In this document: positions 53,671 to 62,703 of the stretch, one piece after another
Layout: the number at the start of each line of letters is the position of its first letter
Position numbering within the stretch: position 1 is the first letter of the stretch
From: Acutalibacteraceae bacterium
GTDB taxonomy: Bacteria > Bacillota > Clostridia > Christensenellales > UBA1242
Reading direction: 5' to 3'
Length of the DNA stretch: 64,000 bases
Assembly: GCA_963602035.1 (NCBI GenBank)
Contig: CAVCHC010000001.1
Span: 25,351 to 89,350 of the forward strand
The notes under the pieces: generated by a model
Databases searched by the model: none
The model's input: only the letters and a program-made list of their open reading frames with translations
Told to the model about the DNA's origin: nothing
Translations under genes and position numbers: made by a program

Positions 53671-54024
53671 ATGCCAAATAACGTAAGAATGCAAAAAATT
53701 AACAGCGAAATTCAAAAAAGTTTAAGCGAGATTATTTCAAGCCTAAACAACCCCGAACTTGAAAACCTTATCATAAGCATAACGCGTGTTGACACGTCTA
53801 ATGACCTTTATGTGTCACGCGCGTACGTAAGCATACTTGGTGACAGCAATTCGCGTGAGCGTGTTATGGCTATTCTTAGCAACGCTAAGGGCTATATCCG
53901 CCGCGAGTTGGCGCGCAAGGTGCAGTTGCGTACTGTTCCTGACCTTGTGTTTGTTTTAGACGACAGCCAAGATTACAGCGCGAATATCAACAGGCTTTTG
54001 GATAAAATCAATAAGGGGAATTAA
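53671..54024 (+). CDS. rbfA: ribosome-binding factor A
   Basis: Typical RbfA length and sequence, in the operon position. Confidence 0.92.
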   Translation: MPNNVRMQKINSEIQKSLSEIISSLNNPELENLIISITRVDTSNDLYVSRAYVSILGDSNSRERVMAILSNAKGYIRRELARKVQLRTVPDLVFVLDDSQDYSANINRLLDKINKGN

Positions 54025-54969
54025 ATGAATAATATTTTAAAAGCGATTGAAAGTGCAAAGAAGATTGTTATACTTTCTCATATCAATGTTGATGGGGATG
54101 GTGTGGGGTCGGCTCTTGCACTTTTCCATTTATGTAAGAAATTTAACAAGCAGGTGTGCATTGCGATAGACAGTGTGCTGCCTACGCACGTCACGTTTTT
54201 AGAAGACACGGCGCTTGTTAACAAAAACGTCGATTTTGATTGCGACCTTGTTATCTATACTGACTGTAACAACCCTGACCGCATCGGCAGGTTTAAATTT
54301 AAGGTAGGCAAGCACAAAAACAAAATCAACATTGACCATCATTTTGACAACACGGAGTTTGGTCGTCTTAACCTTGTTAAAAAGGGGTATTCGTCGGCGT
54401 GCGAGGTGATTTATGACCTGTGCGCGGATAACGACATTCAAATCGACGAGGCGATGGCAAGGTGTATGCTTGTTGGCATTTTGACGGATACGGGCAACCT
54501 TAGTTATGACAGTGCTACCAGTGACACGTTTAGAAAGGTGGCAACGCTTTTAGACATCACGGGGCTTAGCATTGACAAGTTCACGCGGCCGCTTTTTGCA
54601 AGCGATTCGATTGAGGTATTTAACCTTAAAAAACTGGCGTATGAAAAGATTGAGTTCAGCGCCGATTTTTCAAGGGCGGTTATCGCGGTGTCGTTTGACG
54701 ATATGAAAAGGGTCGGCGTGGATTTAAGCGAAACCAAGTCTATTATTGGCGTTGGGTTTGGGCTTGAACCCGTGCAAGTGCTGGTTGCTATCACGGAGGC
54801 CGAGCCGGGCGTGTGCTTTGTGTCTTTCAGGACGAAGGGCAGCATAGACGCGTGCAAAATGGCGTCAGCGTTTGGCGGTGGCGGGCACAAAAACGCGTCG
54901 GGTTGCAGAATTTATGATAGCCTGAATAACGTTATCGCGGCCGTAAAAAAGGTAATTCAGTTTAACTAA
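54025..54969 (+). CDS. nrnA: DHH/DHHA1 phosphoesterase (NrnA-like)
   Basis: DGDGVGS, the DHH motif (NIDHHFDN) and the GGGH motif. Confidence 0.85.
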   Translation: MNNILKAIESAKKIVILSHINVDGDGVGSALALFHLCKKFNKQVCIAIDSVLPTHVTFLEDTALVNKNVDFDCDLVIYTDCNNPDRIGRFKFKVGKHKNKINIDHHFDNTEFGRLNLVKKGYSSACEVIYDLCADNDIQIDEAMARCMLVGILTDTGNLSYDSATSDTFRKVATLLDITGLSIDKFTRPLFASDSIEVFNLKKLAYEKIEFSADFSRAVIAVSFDDMKRVGVDLSETKSIIGVGFGLEPVQVLVAITEAEPGVCFVSFRTKGSIDACKMASAFGGGGHKNASGCRIYDSLNNVIAAVKKVIQFN

Positions 54970-55049
54970 TGCTGTCGCGGCTGTAAAAAGGTAATTCAGT
55001 TTGATTAACGTAGTTACGGCTGTAAAAAGTAATTCGGTTTGGCTAATAA
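54931..55049 (+). repeat. 3 x about 40-bp tandem repeat that reiterates the nrnA end and stop
   Basis: gttatcgcggccgtaaaaaaggtaattcagtttaacTAAt / gctgtcgcggctgtaaaaaggtaattcagtttgatTAAc / gtagttacggctgtaaaaagtaattcggtttggcTAAtaa. Confidence 0.85.
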
Positions 55050-55098
55050 ATACAGACAGTCAATCAACAAAAAGTATTGCAAAAAGTGGTGAGATTTG

Positions 55099-55995
55099 AT
55101 GAAAGGCTTTTTTAATATCAACAAGCCGCGCGGGATGAACTCGACCAAGGTGGTGGCGATTATCAAGCGCCTTACGCACGAAAAGGTGGGGCATCTTGGC
55201 ACGCTTGACCCCGATGCGCACGGTGTTTTGCCCATCGCGGTTGGCAAGGCGACGCGGCTGTTTGACTTTTTTCTTAACAAAGACAAGGTGTATGAGGCGC
55301 GCGGGCGGTTCGGCGTTTTAACCGATACGCTTGACGAAAGTGGGCGCGTAGTTTTAACGAACGACGTGCGGCCAACGCGGGCGCAGTTAGAGGCGGTTTT
55401 GCCGATGTTTTGTGGTAAGCAAATGCAGATACCGCCTATTTTTTCGGCCAAGCAGGTGGACGGCGAGCGTGCGTATGACAAGGCGCGCAGGGGCGAAGAG
55501 GTGACGCTTACTCCGCGCGAGATTAACATTTTTAGCCTTGAACTTTTGAGTTTTGAGGGCGACGAATTTTCGGTGCGCATTCACTGTTCGGCGGGCACCT
55601 ACGTTCGGGCGCTTATTCGCGACATTGCTGAAAAACTGGGCGCCATCGCCACAACGGTAGACATTTTCAGGACACGTTCGGGCGCATTTGACATCGCCTC
55701 GTCAATATCTATTGATAATATTTGTCATAGCGAGGAGCAAAGTGACGTGGCAATCCCATTGTCAAACCCAAGCTCGTCCGCTTTGCAACTAATTTCGATT
55801 GAAGACGCGCTGTCAGGGCAAGAAAAGGTGCGCCTAACCGAGCCGCAGGTGCAAAACCTGTTGTGTGGGCGCGGGCAAATGGTTTCATATAAAGACGCGA
55901 AAAACGTGCTGTTTTTGACGCCAGATGGCGACACGTACGGCCTTGGCGACATTGAAAATGGGCAGATAAAAATCACGGCATTTTTGTTAGATTAA
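55099..55995 (+). CDS. truB: tRNA pseudouridine55 synthase, carrying an in-frame module A insertion
   Basis: GHLGTLDPDAHGVL catalytic motif. The segment CHSEEQSDVAIPL is encoded by repeat module A. Confidence 0.9.
   Translation: MKGFFNINKPRGMNSTKVVAIIKRLTHEKVGHLGTLDPDAHGVLPIAVGKATRLFDFFLNKDKVYEARGRFGVLTDTLDESGRVVLTNDVRPTRAQLEAVLPMFCGKQMQIPPIFSAKQVDGERAYDKARRGEEVTLTPREINIFSLELLSFEGDEFSVRIHCSAGTYVRALIRDIAEKLGAIATTVDIFRTRSGAFDIASSISIDNICHSEEQSDVAIPLSNPSSSALQLISIEDALSGQEKVRLTEPQVQNLLCGRGQMVSYKDAKNVLFLTPDGDTYGLGDIENGQIKITAFLLD
55719..55762 (+). repeat. module A copy inside the truB coding sequence
   Basis: atatttgtcatagcgaggagcaaagtgacgtggcaatcccattgtc, compared with the intergenic copy tgtcattgcgaggaacgtagtgacgtggcaatcccattg at 29685-29723. 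Confidence 0.85.
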
Positions 55996-56006
55996 AGGAG
56001 AAAATT

Positions 56007-56864
56007 ATGATTGAATTTGGGCCAGCGGGTACCGACGAAATAATGGACGCGCAAAAAATGGACATATTTGCGGTGCCTGCGTATCTTAAAAAACTGGGGC
56101 TTAAAACGTTTGAGTACCCACTAACGCACGGCACAAATCTTAACCTAGATAAGGCGAAACTGATTGGCGAGGCCTTTAAAAAAGAGGACATAACGCTTAG
56201 TTGCCACGCGCCGTATTACATCAATTTTGCGAACCCTGACCCGCTTGCGTTTGACAAAAACGTGGGCTACATCACCGCGTCGCTTAACATTTGCAGGGCG
56301 ATGGGGGCGGACAGGCTTGTTTTTCATCCGGGCAGTTTAACGGGGCAGACGCGCGAGGTTGCGGTTAAAAATACCTATGAAAACATTCGCGAAATGGTCA
56401 AGATTTTAAACGAGCAGAACGCGCTTGACGGGCTGTTTTTGTGTCCTGAAACGATGGGCAAACACGGACAGGTTGGCACGGTTGAAGAGGTCGCGCAGTT
56501 TGTAAGCATTGACGAGCACTTGATGCCCACTATCGACTTTGGGCACGTCAACGCCTTTATGCTTGGCGGGCTTAAAACGGTGGCCGATTTTGACCAGATT
56601 TTTGCTACCCTAAAACGCGTTTTGGGCGAGCGTGGAAGCGTTATTCACGGCCACTTTTCACGTATTGAGTATGGCGCAAAAGGCGAGTTAAAGCATATTA
56701 ATTTTGACAGCCCAGAGCCGTTTGGGCCTGACTATCACGCGCTTATTGAGTCTTTAAAGCGCAACAACATAAGCGGGCGCATTGTGTGTGAGTCGCGCGG
56801 GCACCAGTCGGTTGACGCCGCCACGATGAACAGCGAGTACTTATCTTCGCCCGTAGCCAAATGA
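56007..56864 (+). CDS. AP endonuclease family 2 / endonuclease IV-like TIM-barrel protein
   Basis: HAPYYINFAN, VFHPGS, PETMG and IDFGHVNA resemble the Nfo metal-ligand motifs. Confidence 0.68.
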   Translation: MIEFGPAGTDEIMDAQKMDIFAVPAYLKKLGLKTFEYPLTHGTNLNLDKAKLIGEAFKKEDITLSCHAPYYINFANPDPLAFDKNVGYITASLNICRAMGADRLVFHPGSLTGQTREVAVKNTYENIREMVKILNEQNALDGLFLCPETMGKHGQVGTVEEVAQFVSIDEHLMPTIDFGHVNAFMLGGLKTVADFDQIFATLKRVLGERGSVIHGHFSRIEYGAKGELKHINFDSPEPFGPDYHALIESLKRNNISGRIVCESRGHQSVDAATMNSEYLSSPVAK

Positions 56865-56894
56865 GTGAAAAGTGAAGAGTGAAAAGTGAAGAGT
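56862..56894 (+). repeat. RAGTGAA heptamer array starting at the TGA stop
   Basis: TGAgtgaaaagtgaagagtgaaaagtgaagagtaa. Confidence 0.8.
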
Positions 56895-57064
56895 AAATTG
56901 ATAGCTCGTTAATGGTGTTGATAGCCGAACGGTGGTTGTGACGATAAATTTAACTGAAATTGCGGGCAATATTTTTCAACTTTCTTTGAAAAACACTTTA
57001 ACTTTTCAAAACTTTATGGTATAATATCAAGGTAACCTAAGCAAATTATTTATTGGAGGATTTT

Positions 57065-57622
57065 ATGATCACAGCAGGAGATTTAAGAAAAGGCGTAACC
57101 TTTGAAATGGATGGCAAGATTTATATCGTTGTTGACTTTCTTCACGTTAAACCGGGCAAGGGCGCTGCGTTTGTTAGAACCAAGCTTAAAAACATCGTAA
57201 CTGGCCAGGTTATTGAAAGGACTTTTAACCCAGTTGAAAAGTTTGAAAAGGCGCACATTGAAAAGAAAGAGATGACGTATTTGTATCAAGATGCTGGTCT
57301 TTATTATTTTATGGACACTGAGACGTATGAGCAGGTTCCGCTTAATCATGACCAAGTTGAAGACGCGCTTCAATACATCACCGAGAATATGCAGGTAACC
57401 GTTCAGTTCTACAAGGGTGAGGCGTTCAGCGTTGAGCCACCTAACTTTGTTGAGCTTAACATCGTTGAGTGCGAGCCAGGCATCCAGGGCGACACGAGTA
57501 AGGCGGGCAACAAGCCAGCAACCCTTGAAACGGGTCTTGTTTTGCAAGTTCCACTTTTTGTTAACAATGGAGACCGCATTCGTATCGACACCCGCACCGG
57601 GACATATATGTCACGCGTGTAA
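57065..57622 (+). CDS. efp: elongation factor P
   Basis: [15 protein letters not shown] loop. RBS GGAGG precedes the ATG at 57065. Confidence 0.96.
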   Translation: MITAGDLRKGVTFEMDGKIYIVVDFLHVKPGKGAAFVRTKLKNIVTGQVIERTFNPVEKFEKAHIEKKEMTYLYQDAGLYYFMDTETYEQVPLNHDQVEDALQYITENMQVTVQFYKGEAFSVEPPNFVELNIVECEPGIQGDTSKAGNKPATLETGLVLQVPLFVNNGDRIRIDTRTGTYMSRV

Positions 57623-57646
57623 TTCGACAAGATTACTACTTATTAG

Positions 57647-57684
57647 TCAAAACAACTTAAAAGTTGCTTTGGCTATTTTTTTTG
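57647..57684 (+). terminator. intrinsic terminator after efp
   Basis: tcaaaacaactt/aagttgctttgg stem, then T8 after 5 nt. Confidence 0.55.
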
Positions 57685-57738
57685 CGCGAATTTATTTATT
57701 AATTTGCGCGCATAAACTTGGTCAAAGGGGGCGGCGCA

Positions 57739-58701
57739 ATGCTTGAATTGTTGCTTTCAAAGCGATTGTTTGAGGCGGTAAAAAATGCTTTCAACCTGAA
57801 TTTTGTTTACGAAATAAGGTTGCGGGTTGGCTGTCCGCTTGTTGTGAACTTTGGCGGAAAGAACTGTTTTATAAAAGATAAAAGCGTGATAAAAGATAAA
57901 AGTGTGGGCTTTCGGGCTGAGTGCGGGGCTGCAAATTACGTTTGCTGTACGCGTGAAGACATAAAATTTTGCCTTGCGGTTGCTACTGAAAACTCGATGT
58001 ACGCGGTCAACAACCAGATAAAACAAGGGTTTATAACGTTTAGGGGCGGGCTGCGTTTGGGGCTTGCGGGCGAGGTGGTGACTGGCGCTGCGGGCGAGGT
58101 TGAAACCATAAAAAACATCACTGCGATTAACATTCGCGTACCGCACGAGGTCAAAAATTGCGCGCACACGGCGCTTACGTTTATGCTTAACGGTGGGCTT
58201 AAAAACACGCTGATTATTGGGCCTCCGGGGTCGGGCAAAACGACGTTTTTAAGAGATATTGCGCGTGGAATTTCGGCGCACACAGATATTTCAAACGTCC
58301 TTATCGTTGATGAAAGGCTTGAAATTGCCAACTGCGTTGATGGCGTGCCGACGCTTGACGTTGGGCAAACGGCTGATGTTATAAGCGGGGCGAATAAGGA
58401 ATATGCTTTTCGTGAGGGGGTGCGCACGCTTAAACCGGACGTGATTATCTGCGACGAGATTGCAACGGCGGCCGACGCGGAGGCTGTTAAAACGGCGGCG
58501 TTTTCAGGAGTTAAGGTTATTGCAACGGCGCACGGAGCAAGCGTAAATGACATCAAAAGCCGTGCCGAACTTGCGCCGCTTTTAAGCGAAAAAGTTTTTG
58601 AGCGTATCGTTGTTTTGTCTTGTCGGTGTGGGGCGGGCACTTATGAACACATCTTTGACGCCTCACTTAACACGCTTTACAAACCTACGACAACTCAATA
58701 A
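57739..58701 (+). CDS. spoIIIAA: stage III sporulation protein AA (ATPase)
   Basis: Walker A GPPGSGKTT and Walker B-like VIICDEI. It is the first gene of an eight-gene spoIIIA-like operon downstream of efp, as in Bacillus. Confidence 0.85.
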   Translation: MLELLLSKRLFEAVKNAFNLNFVYEIRLRVGCPLVVNFGGKNCFIKDKSVIKDKSVGFRAECGAANYVCCTREDIKFCLAVATENSMYAVNNQIKQGFITFRGGLRLGLAGEVVTGAAGEVETIKNITAINIRVPHEVKNCAHTALTFMLNGGLKNTLIIGPPGSGKTTFLRDIARGISAHTDISNVLIVDERLEIANCVDGVPTLDVGQTADVISGANKEYAFREGVRTLKPDVIICDEIATAADAEAVKTAAFSGVKVIATAHGASVNDIKSRAELAPLLSEKVFERIVVLSCRCGAGTYEHIFDASLNTLYKPTTTQ

Positions 58702-58816
58702 ACGAGCGTTAACTTAATGAACGATGCGAGATGGCTAAACAAAACGTGCGGTAACTTAAACGTACGCAAACTCTGCAATAAACGTGTGCAGGCTTAATAG
58801 TGAATGCGGGCTGACT
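58696..58816 (+). repeat. 3 x about 40-bp degenerate tandem repeat that reiterates the spoIIIAA end and stop
   Basis: caaTAAacgagcgttaacttaatgaacgatgcgag.. / aaacaaaacgtgcggtaacttaaacgtacgcaa.. / caaTAAacgtgtgcaggcttaatagtgaatgcggg.. Confidence 0.7.
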
Positions 58817-58903
58817 GAATGGTAAACGCGTAGTCTAGTTTACATTTGTAATATTACATTGGGTGTTGCGTTACTTATGGGGAATGGGTAAAGGAGGTTA
58901 AAG

Positions 58904-59377
58904 ATGGCTGTTGTTTGTTGTTTGATAGTCGTTTTTAGTGGGCTTGCGGGCTGGTTTTATGCCGATAAATTTAAAAAGCGTAAACAGTTTTTAGACGGCG
59001 CCATCGATTTCTGTAAACTCTATGAACAAAATTTAAGTTTCTCGCGCGAAAAAGTTAGCGACCTTATTGATAAATATATCGCGCAAAATAAATCGGTATT
59101 TCGCGCATTTTTATTCAACATCAAAAGCCAAAACTTTGACATCTCAAAGGTAAAGATGCCCGAGTTTTTAACAAAACAAGAGGCAGATTTAGTGTCGCAA
59201 ATGTTTGCTAATCTTGGCTCGGCTGACTATCTAACTGAGGCCGAACGCATAAAGGGGTTTAAAAGTCAGTTTGAAAATTGCTTAAAGCGCGCAAGTGAAG
59301 ACGAAACGCAAAAGGGGCGGCTTGGCTTTAAACTGTCTTTGGGGCTTGGGTTGGCGCTCGCGATAATAATATTTTAA
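58904..59377 (+). CDS. spoIIIAB: stage III sporulation protein AB
   Basis: 157 aa with N- and C-terminal TM helices. Operon position. RBS AAAGGAGG. Confidence 0.8.
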   Translation: MAVVCCLIVVFSGLAGWFYADKFKKRKQFLDGAIDFCKLYEQNLSFSREKVSDLIDKYIAQNKSVFRAFLFNIKSQNFDISKVKMPEFLTKQEADLVSQMFANLGSADYLTEAERIKGFKSQFENCLKRASEDETQKGRLGFKLSLGLGLALAIIIF

Positions 59378-59504
59378 TCTTTATACCAAAAACTTGGGTT
59401 AATTTAAATAATGTCAATATTAATTCGGGTGACTTATTAGGCAATCAATTTTTGCACATTGGGCTGGTTGTTAAATTATTGTAAGCAAATTAAAGGAGGG
59501 GGAC

Positions 59505-59702
59505 ATGGGTATCGACATCATTTTTAAAATTGCTGGCATTGGCATTTTAACCGCGGTGATTTCGCAAATTTTGAACCACAGCGGAAAAAGCGAGATTGCC
59601 ACGCTTGCCACACTTGCGGGGTTGGTTGTTGTTTTGGTTATGGTTCTTGGGATGGTGGGCGACTTGTTTACGTCTATCAAAACAATGTTTAATCTTTATT
59701 AA
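59505..59702 (+). CDS. spoIIIAC: stage III sporulation protein AC
   Basis: 65-aa two-TM protein (IFKIAGIGILTAVISQIL..). Confidence 0.88.
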   Translation: MGIDIIFKIAGIGILTAVISQILNHSGKSEIATLATLAGLVVVLVMVLGMVGDLFTSIKTMFNLY

Positions 59703-59854
59703 AATTAAAAGCGCAGCAATAACAAAAATGCGACCATTTTTGAAACCTGTTTGTAGCCCCGAAAGTTATTGGTTTAAATATTGATTTTGTTTAAGGCGAT
59801 GGCAGTATAATAAAAAAGTTAAAGCAAATGGCGAAGGCAAAGGAGGTGGGGGTG

Positions 59855-60238
59855 ATGCTGTTTAAAATTCTTGGCGTTGGAATTGTAACCGTTATTTCAT
59901 TTTTAACGGTCAAGCAATATAAGCCTGACCTCGCGATTGTTGTTAGTCTGGCGGGCGGCCTTTTAATGTCTTTAATCTTAATTGACGAGGCCAAAATTGT
60001 GATTGATGAATTCGTTACATTTTCAAGCGATTTTAAATTAGGCACAAGCATAACAGTACCTCTTTTAAAGGTTATGGGGGTGGGGTATGTTACAGAATTT
60101 TGCAGCGACCTCGCCGAAGACAGCGGTAACAAATTGCTTTCAAACAAAATTATTTTGGGTGGAAAAATTGCCATTTTAGTCATTGCTTTGCCCATCATCC
60201 GCGCCATTATTAAATCAATAGTGAGCATTGTTGTATGA
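59855..60238 (+). CDS. spoIIIAD: stage III sporulation protein AD
   Basis: 127-aa polytopic protein (MLFKILGVGIVTVISFLTVKQYKP). RBS AAGGAGGTGGGGG. Confidence 0.88.
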   Translation: MLFKILGVGIVTVISFLTVKQYKPDLAIVVSLAGGLLMSLILIDEAKIVIDEFVTFSSDFKLGTSITVPLLKVMGVGYVTEFCSDLAEDSGNKLLSNKIILGGKIAILVIALPIIRAIIKSIVSIVV

Positions 60239-61614
60239 TGGCAAAAAACGCAAAAACATATAAAAATTGTCAAAATATATTAAAAATATATCAAAATTAC
60301 GCCAAAAATGCAGAAAATAAAGCGTGCGCAAAAAATATGGCAATACGAAAAACACCGCAACACGGCAGGCAAATTAATATTAATCTTTTAAAACAGTTGG
60401 CGTTGATTTTGGTTTTTGTAGGCTTAATATTTTCGTTTTTTGTAAGCCTGGGTGCGCCATGTAATGTAAGTGGAGCGCAGCTGGTTGCGCTTGCAGAAGT
60501 TGATGCGCCGCCGACCGAACAAGAGATTGAAAAGGAACTTGACGACCAGGTTGAAAAAGATTTAAGTGAGATTGATTTTAGCGAACTTGACGGGCTGGCA
60601 AGTGAAATTGGCGAAGCGGGCGAGATGGTGTTTGGCGGGCTTTCGTTTAAAGAAACCGTGCTTTCAATTATTCGCGGTGAGTTTGTTGCGGACTTTGGTG
60701 GAGTTTTAAAGGGCATAGCAAACTCGGCGCTTATTGGTTTTAAAAAATCTTTCTCAACCTTGCTTTTGGTTTTGGTGGTTGCGCTTTTGTATTGCTTATA
60801 TAACAACTTGCTTTCGCACAAACAGGCGGGCATTAGTGACGTTGTAAGGATGGTGTGCGTTGGCGTTATTGCGCTCATAATTTTAACGATTGCAGCGGCG
60901 ATAATTTCAAAAACGACTCAAACTATCAGCACGCTGGGGCGCCAGATGAATGCGATTTTCCCCGTCCTTTTGGCGCTTATGACGGCGGTTGGGGGTGCGT
61001 CCACCGTTGCAAGTTTTTCGCCAACAATTATGTTTTTGTCGTCGTTTATTTCAAACGTTTTTACCTTTGTTTTGCTGCCTCTGTTTACGTGCGTTTTGGT
61101 TTTGTCGGTTGTTAATTGTTTTAGTGCTAACCGCAATTTTTCAAAACTTAATGGCTTCTTTAAGTCGCTTTTTAAATGGATAATCGGCACAATTTTTACG
61201 CTTTTTATGATGGTTTTATCCTTTAAGGGCGCAACGGCTGGCGCGCGCGATGGCATAAGCATTAAGGCGACCAAATACGCTATAAAAAATTACGTTCCGT
61301 ATCTTGGTGGGTTTGTTAGCGACGGGTTTGAGATGGTAAGGGTGTCAGGTATTCTTATTAAAAACTCGGTGGGGTTCGGCGGCGTTCTGCTTTTAGTTGC
61401 AACCGTTATTGGCCCGATAATTTCGATTGCGCTTTTTAGCCTTTCGTCGCGCCTTTTAAGCGGTTTGGTTGAGCCGCTGGGTGACTCCAAAGTTACTGGA
61501 ATTTTAGACTCCGTTGCCGACGCGTTTAAGATGTTAAGTGCCATTTTAATCGGCGTCGCGCTTATGTTTTTGTTTAGCCTTGTTATGATAATTATTACGG
61601 TTAATGTTATCTAA
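60235..61614 (+). CDS. spoIIIAE: stage III sporulation protein AE
   Basis: Polytopic SpoIIIAE-like body. ATGA overlap with spoIIIAD. The first 34 codons are encoded by an A-rich repeat, so the true start could instead be the ATG at 60337. Confidence 0.85.
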   Translation: MMAKNAKTYKNCQNILKIYQNYAKNAENKACAKNMAIRKTPQHGRQININLLKQLALILVFVGLIFSFFVSLGAPCNVSGAQLVALAEVDAPPTEQEIEKELDDQVEKDLSEIDFSELDGLASEIGEAGEMVFGGLSFKETVLSIIRGEFVADFGGVLKGIANSALIGFKKSFSTLLLVLVVALLYCLYNNLLSHKQAGISDVVRMVCVGVIALIILTIAAAIISKTTQTISTLGRQMNAIFPVLLALMTAVGGASTVASFSPTIMFLSSFISNVFTFVLLPLFTCVLVLSVVNCFSANRNFSKLNGFFKSLFKWIIGTIFTLFMMVLSFKGATAGARDGISIKATKYAIKNYVPYLGGFVSDGFEMVRVSGILIKNSVGFGGVLLLVATVIGPIISIALFSLSSRLLSGLVEPLGDSKVTGILDSVADAFKMLSAILIGVALMFLFSLVMIIITVNVI

Positions 61615-61700
61615 GTGGGGCGTTATAAGCAGGGTAATTTGCGAATATTTTGAAGCACTGGTGAATACAAAAATATATAAAAAGATAAGGGTAGGTAAAG

Positions 61701-61877
61701 ATGATTTTAAGCCAAATTTCAATCGCCGTTATAGCGTGCGTTGTTATTGAAAATTTAATCAAATTTTTGCTTCCTGATGGCAAATTAAAACCGTTTATTA
61801 AGGCGGTTGTTGGAGTGTTTTTGTTGGCAGTTTTAGCCGTCCCGATTATCGATTTTGTTAAGTCTATTTCGTTGTAA
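61701..61877 (+). CDS. spoIIIAF: SpoIIIAF-like protein, truncated to the two-TM N-terminal segment (58 aa)
   Basis: Not in the ORF track because it is under 60 aa. MILSQISIAVIACVVIENLIKFLLPDGKLKPFIKAVVGVFLLAVLAVPIIDFVKSISL matches the N-terminal pattern of SpoIIIAF. RBS AAGGGTAGG. Correct operon slot. Confidence 0.55.
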   Translation: MILSQISIAVIACVVIENLIKFLLPDGKLKPFIKAVVGVFLLAVLAVPIIDFVKSISL

Positions 61878-61899
61878 CATTGCCACGTGTAGCCAAATT

Positions 61900-62066
61900 T
61901 ATTTGTCCAAAAAAACGCAAAATCGCACACAAAACACGAAAAAAGTGCATAAAAACGTAAAATTAACGTCAAAAATGCAGAAAATTTGCAACGGCTAAAA
62001 AATATATAAACCAACAAAACTGCAATAAAAAAACATTAAAATAATTAAAATTGCAGATATAAAAAT
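61900..62066 (+). repeat. A-rich repeat segment (paralogue at 60239-60336)
   Basis: Shares acg[ct]caaaaatgcagaaaat ... aaaaaatat with the 5-prime end of spoIIIAE. Stops in all frames. Confidence 0.6.
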
Positions 62067-62091
62067 GCAAGATAGTGAGGAGGGTAAAGTT

Positions 62092-62667
62092 ATGGCAGAT
62101 GGCAACAAAAAACCGTCGATACTAGACAAATTTAAATCGCTTTTTTCACGCAAAAAAAGTGAGGATGACGAGCCTAAAAAGATGAGCAAATTAAAGGTCT
62201 GTGTGTTGTGCGTTTTAGTGCTTTTAGTGATTGGTTTGGCGCTTAATTGCTTTAAATCGATCGGCACCGAAAAATCAAAATCAAGCACGACCAGCGAGTC
62301 GGTGTCGACCAAAAGCTATATTGAAAATCTTGAAAGCAGATTGTCGGCACTTGTGTCGGGGGTAAGCGGAGTGTCTAACGCGCGCGTGTTTATTTCGGTT
62401 GATTCGTCGCCAAAAATTATTTATGCCACTGACGAACAGAAAACTGAAAATGGTGGTAATATTGTGTCGTCGTCAAGCATAACCTTTATTAAAGACGGAA
62501 CGCAAACGCAGCCCGTTGAGGTTATGACTCAGTACCCTGAAATCAAAGGCGTTTTGATTGTTGCAAAGGGCGTGGGCGACCCGCGGATAAAGCTTAGCCT
62601 TAGCGATGCGCTTTCGGCTGTTTTGCACATTCCTGCATCTAATATACAAATTTTAGAAGGGAGATAG
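62092..62667 (+). CDS. spoIIIAG: stage III sporulation protein AG
   Basis: Charged N-terminus, one TM helix and a C-terminal ring-building-motif-like domain. RBS GAGGAGGG precedes the ATG at 62092. Confidence 0.8.
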   Translation: MADGNKKPSILDKFKSLFSRKKSEDDEPKKMSKLKVCVLCVLVLLVIGLALNCFKSIGTEKSKSSTTSESVSTKSYIENLESRLSALVSGVSGVSNARVFISVDSSPKIIYATDEQKTENGGNIVSSSSITFIKDGTQTQPVEVMTQYPEIKGVLIVAKGVGDPRIKLSLSDALSAVLHIPASNIQILEGR

Positions 62668-62703
62668 GTTATGAAAATTTTGTTTTTTAAGGAGGGAAAA
62701 TCT

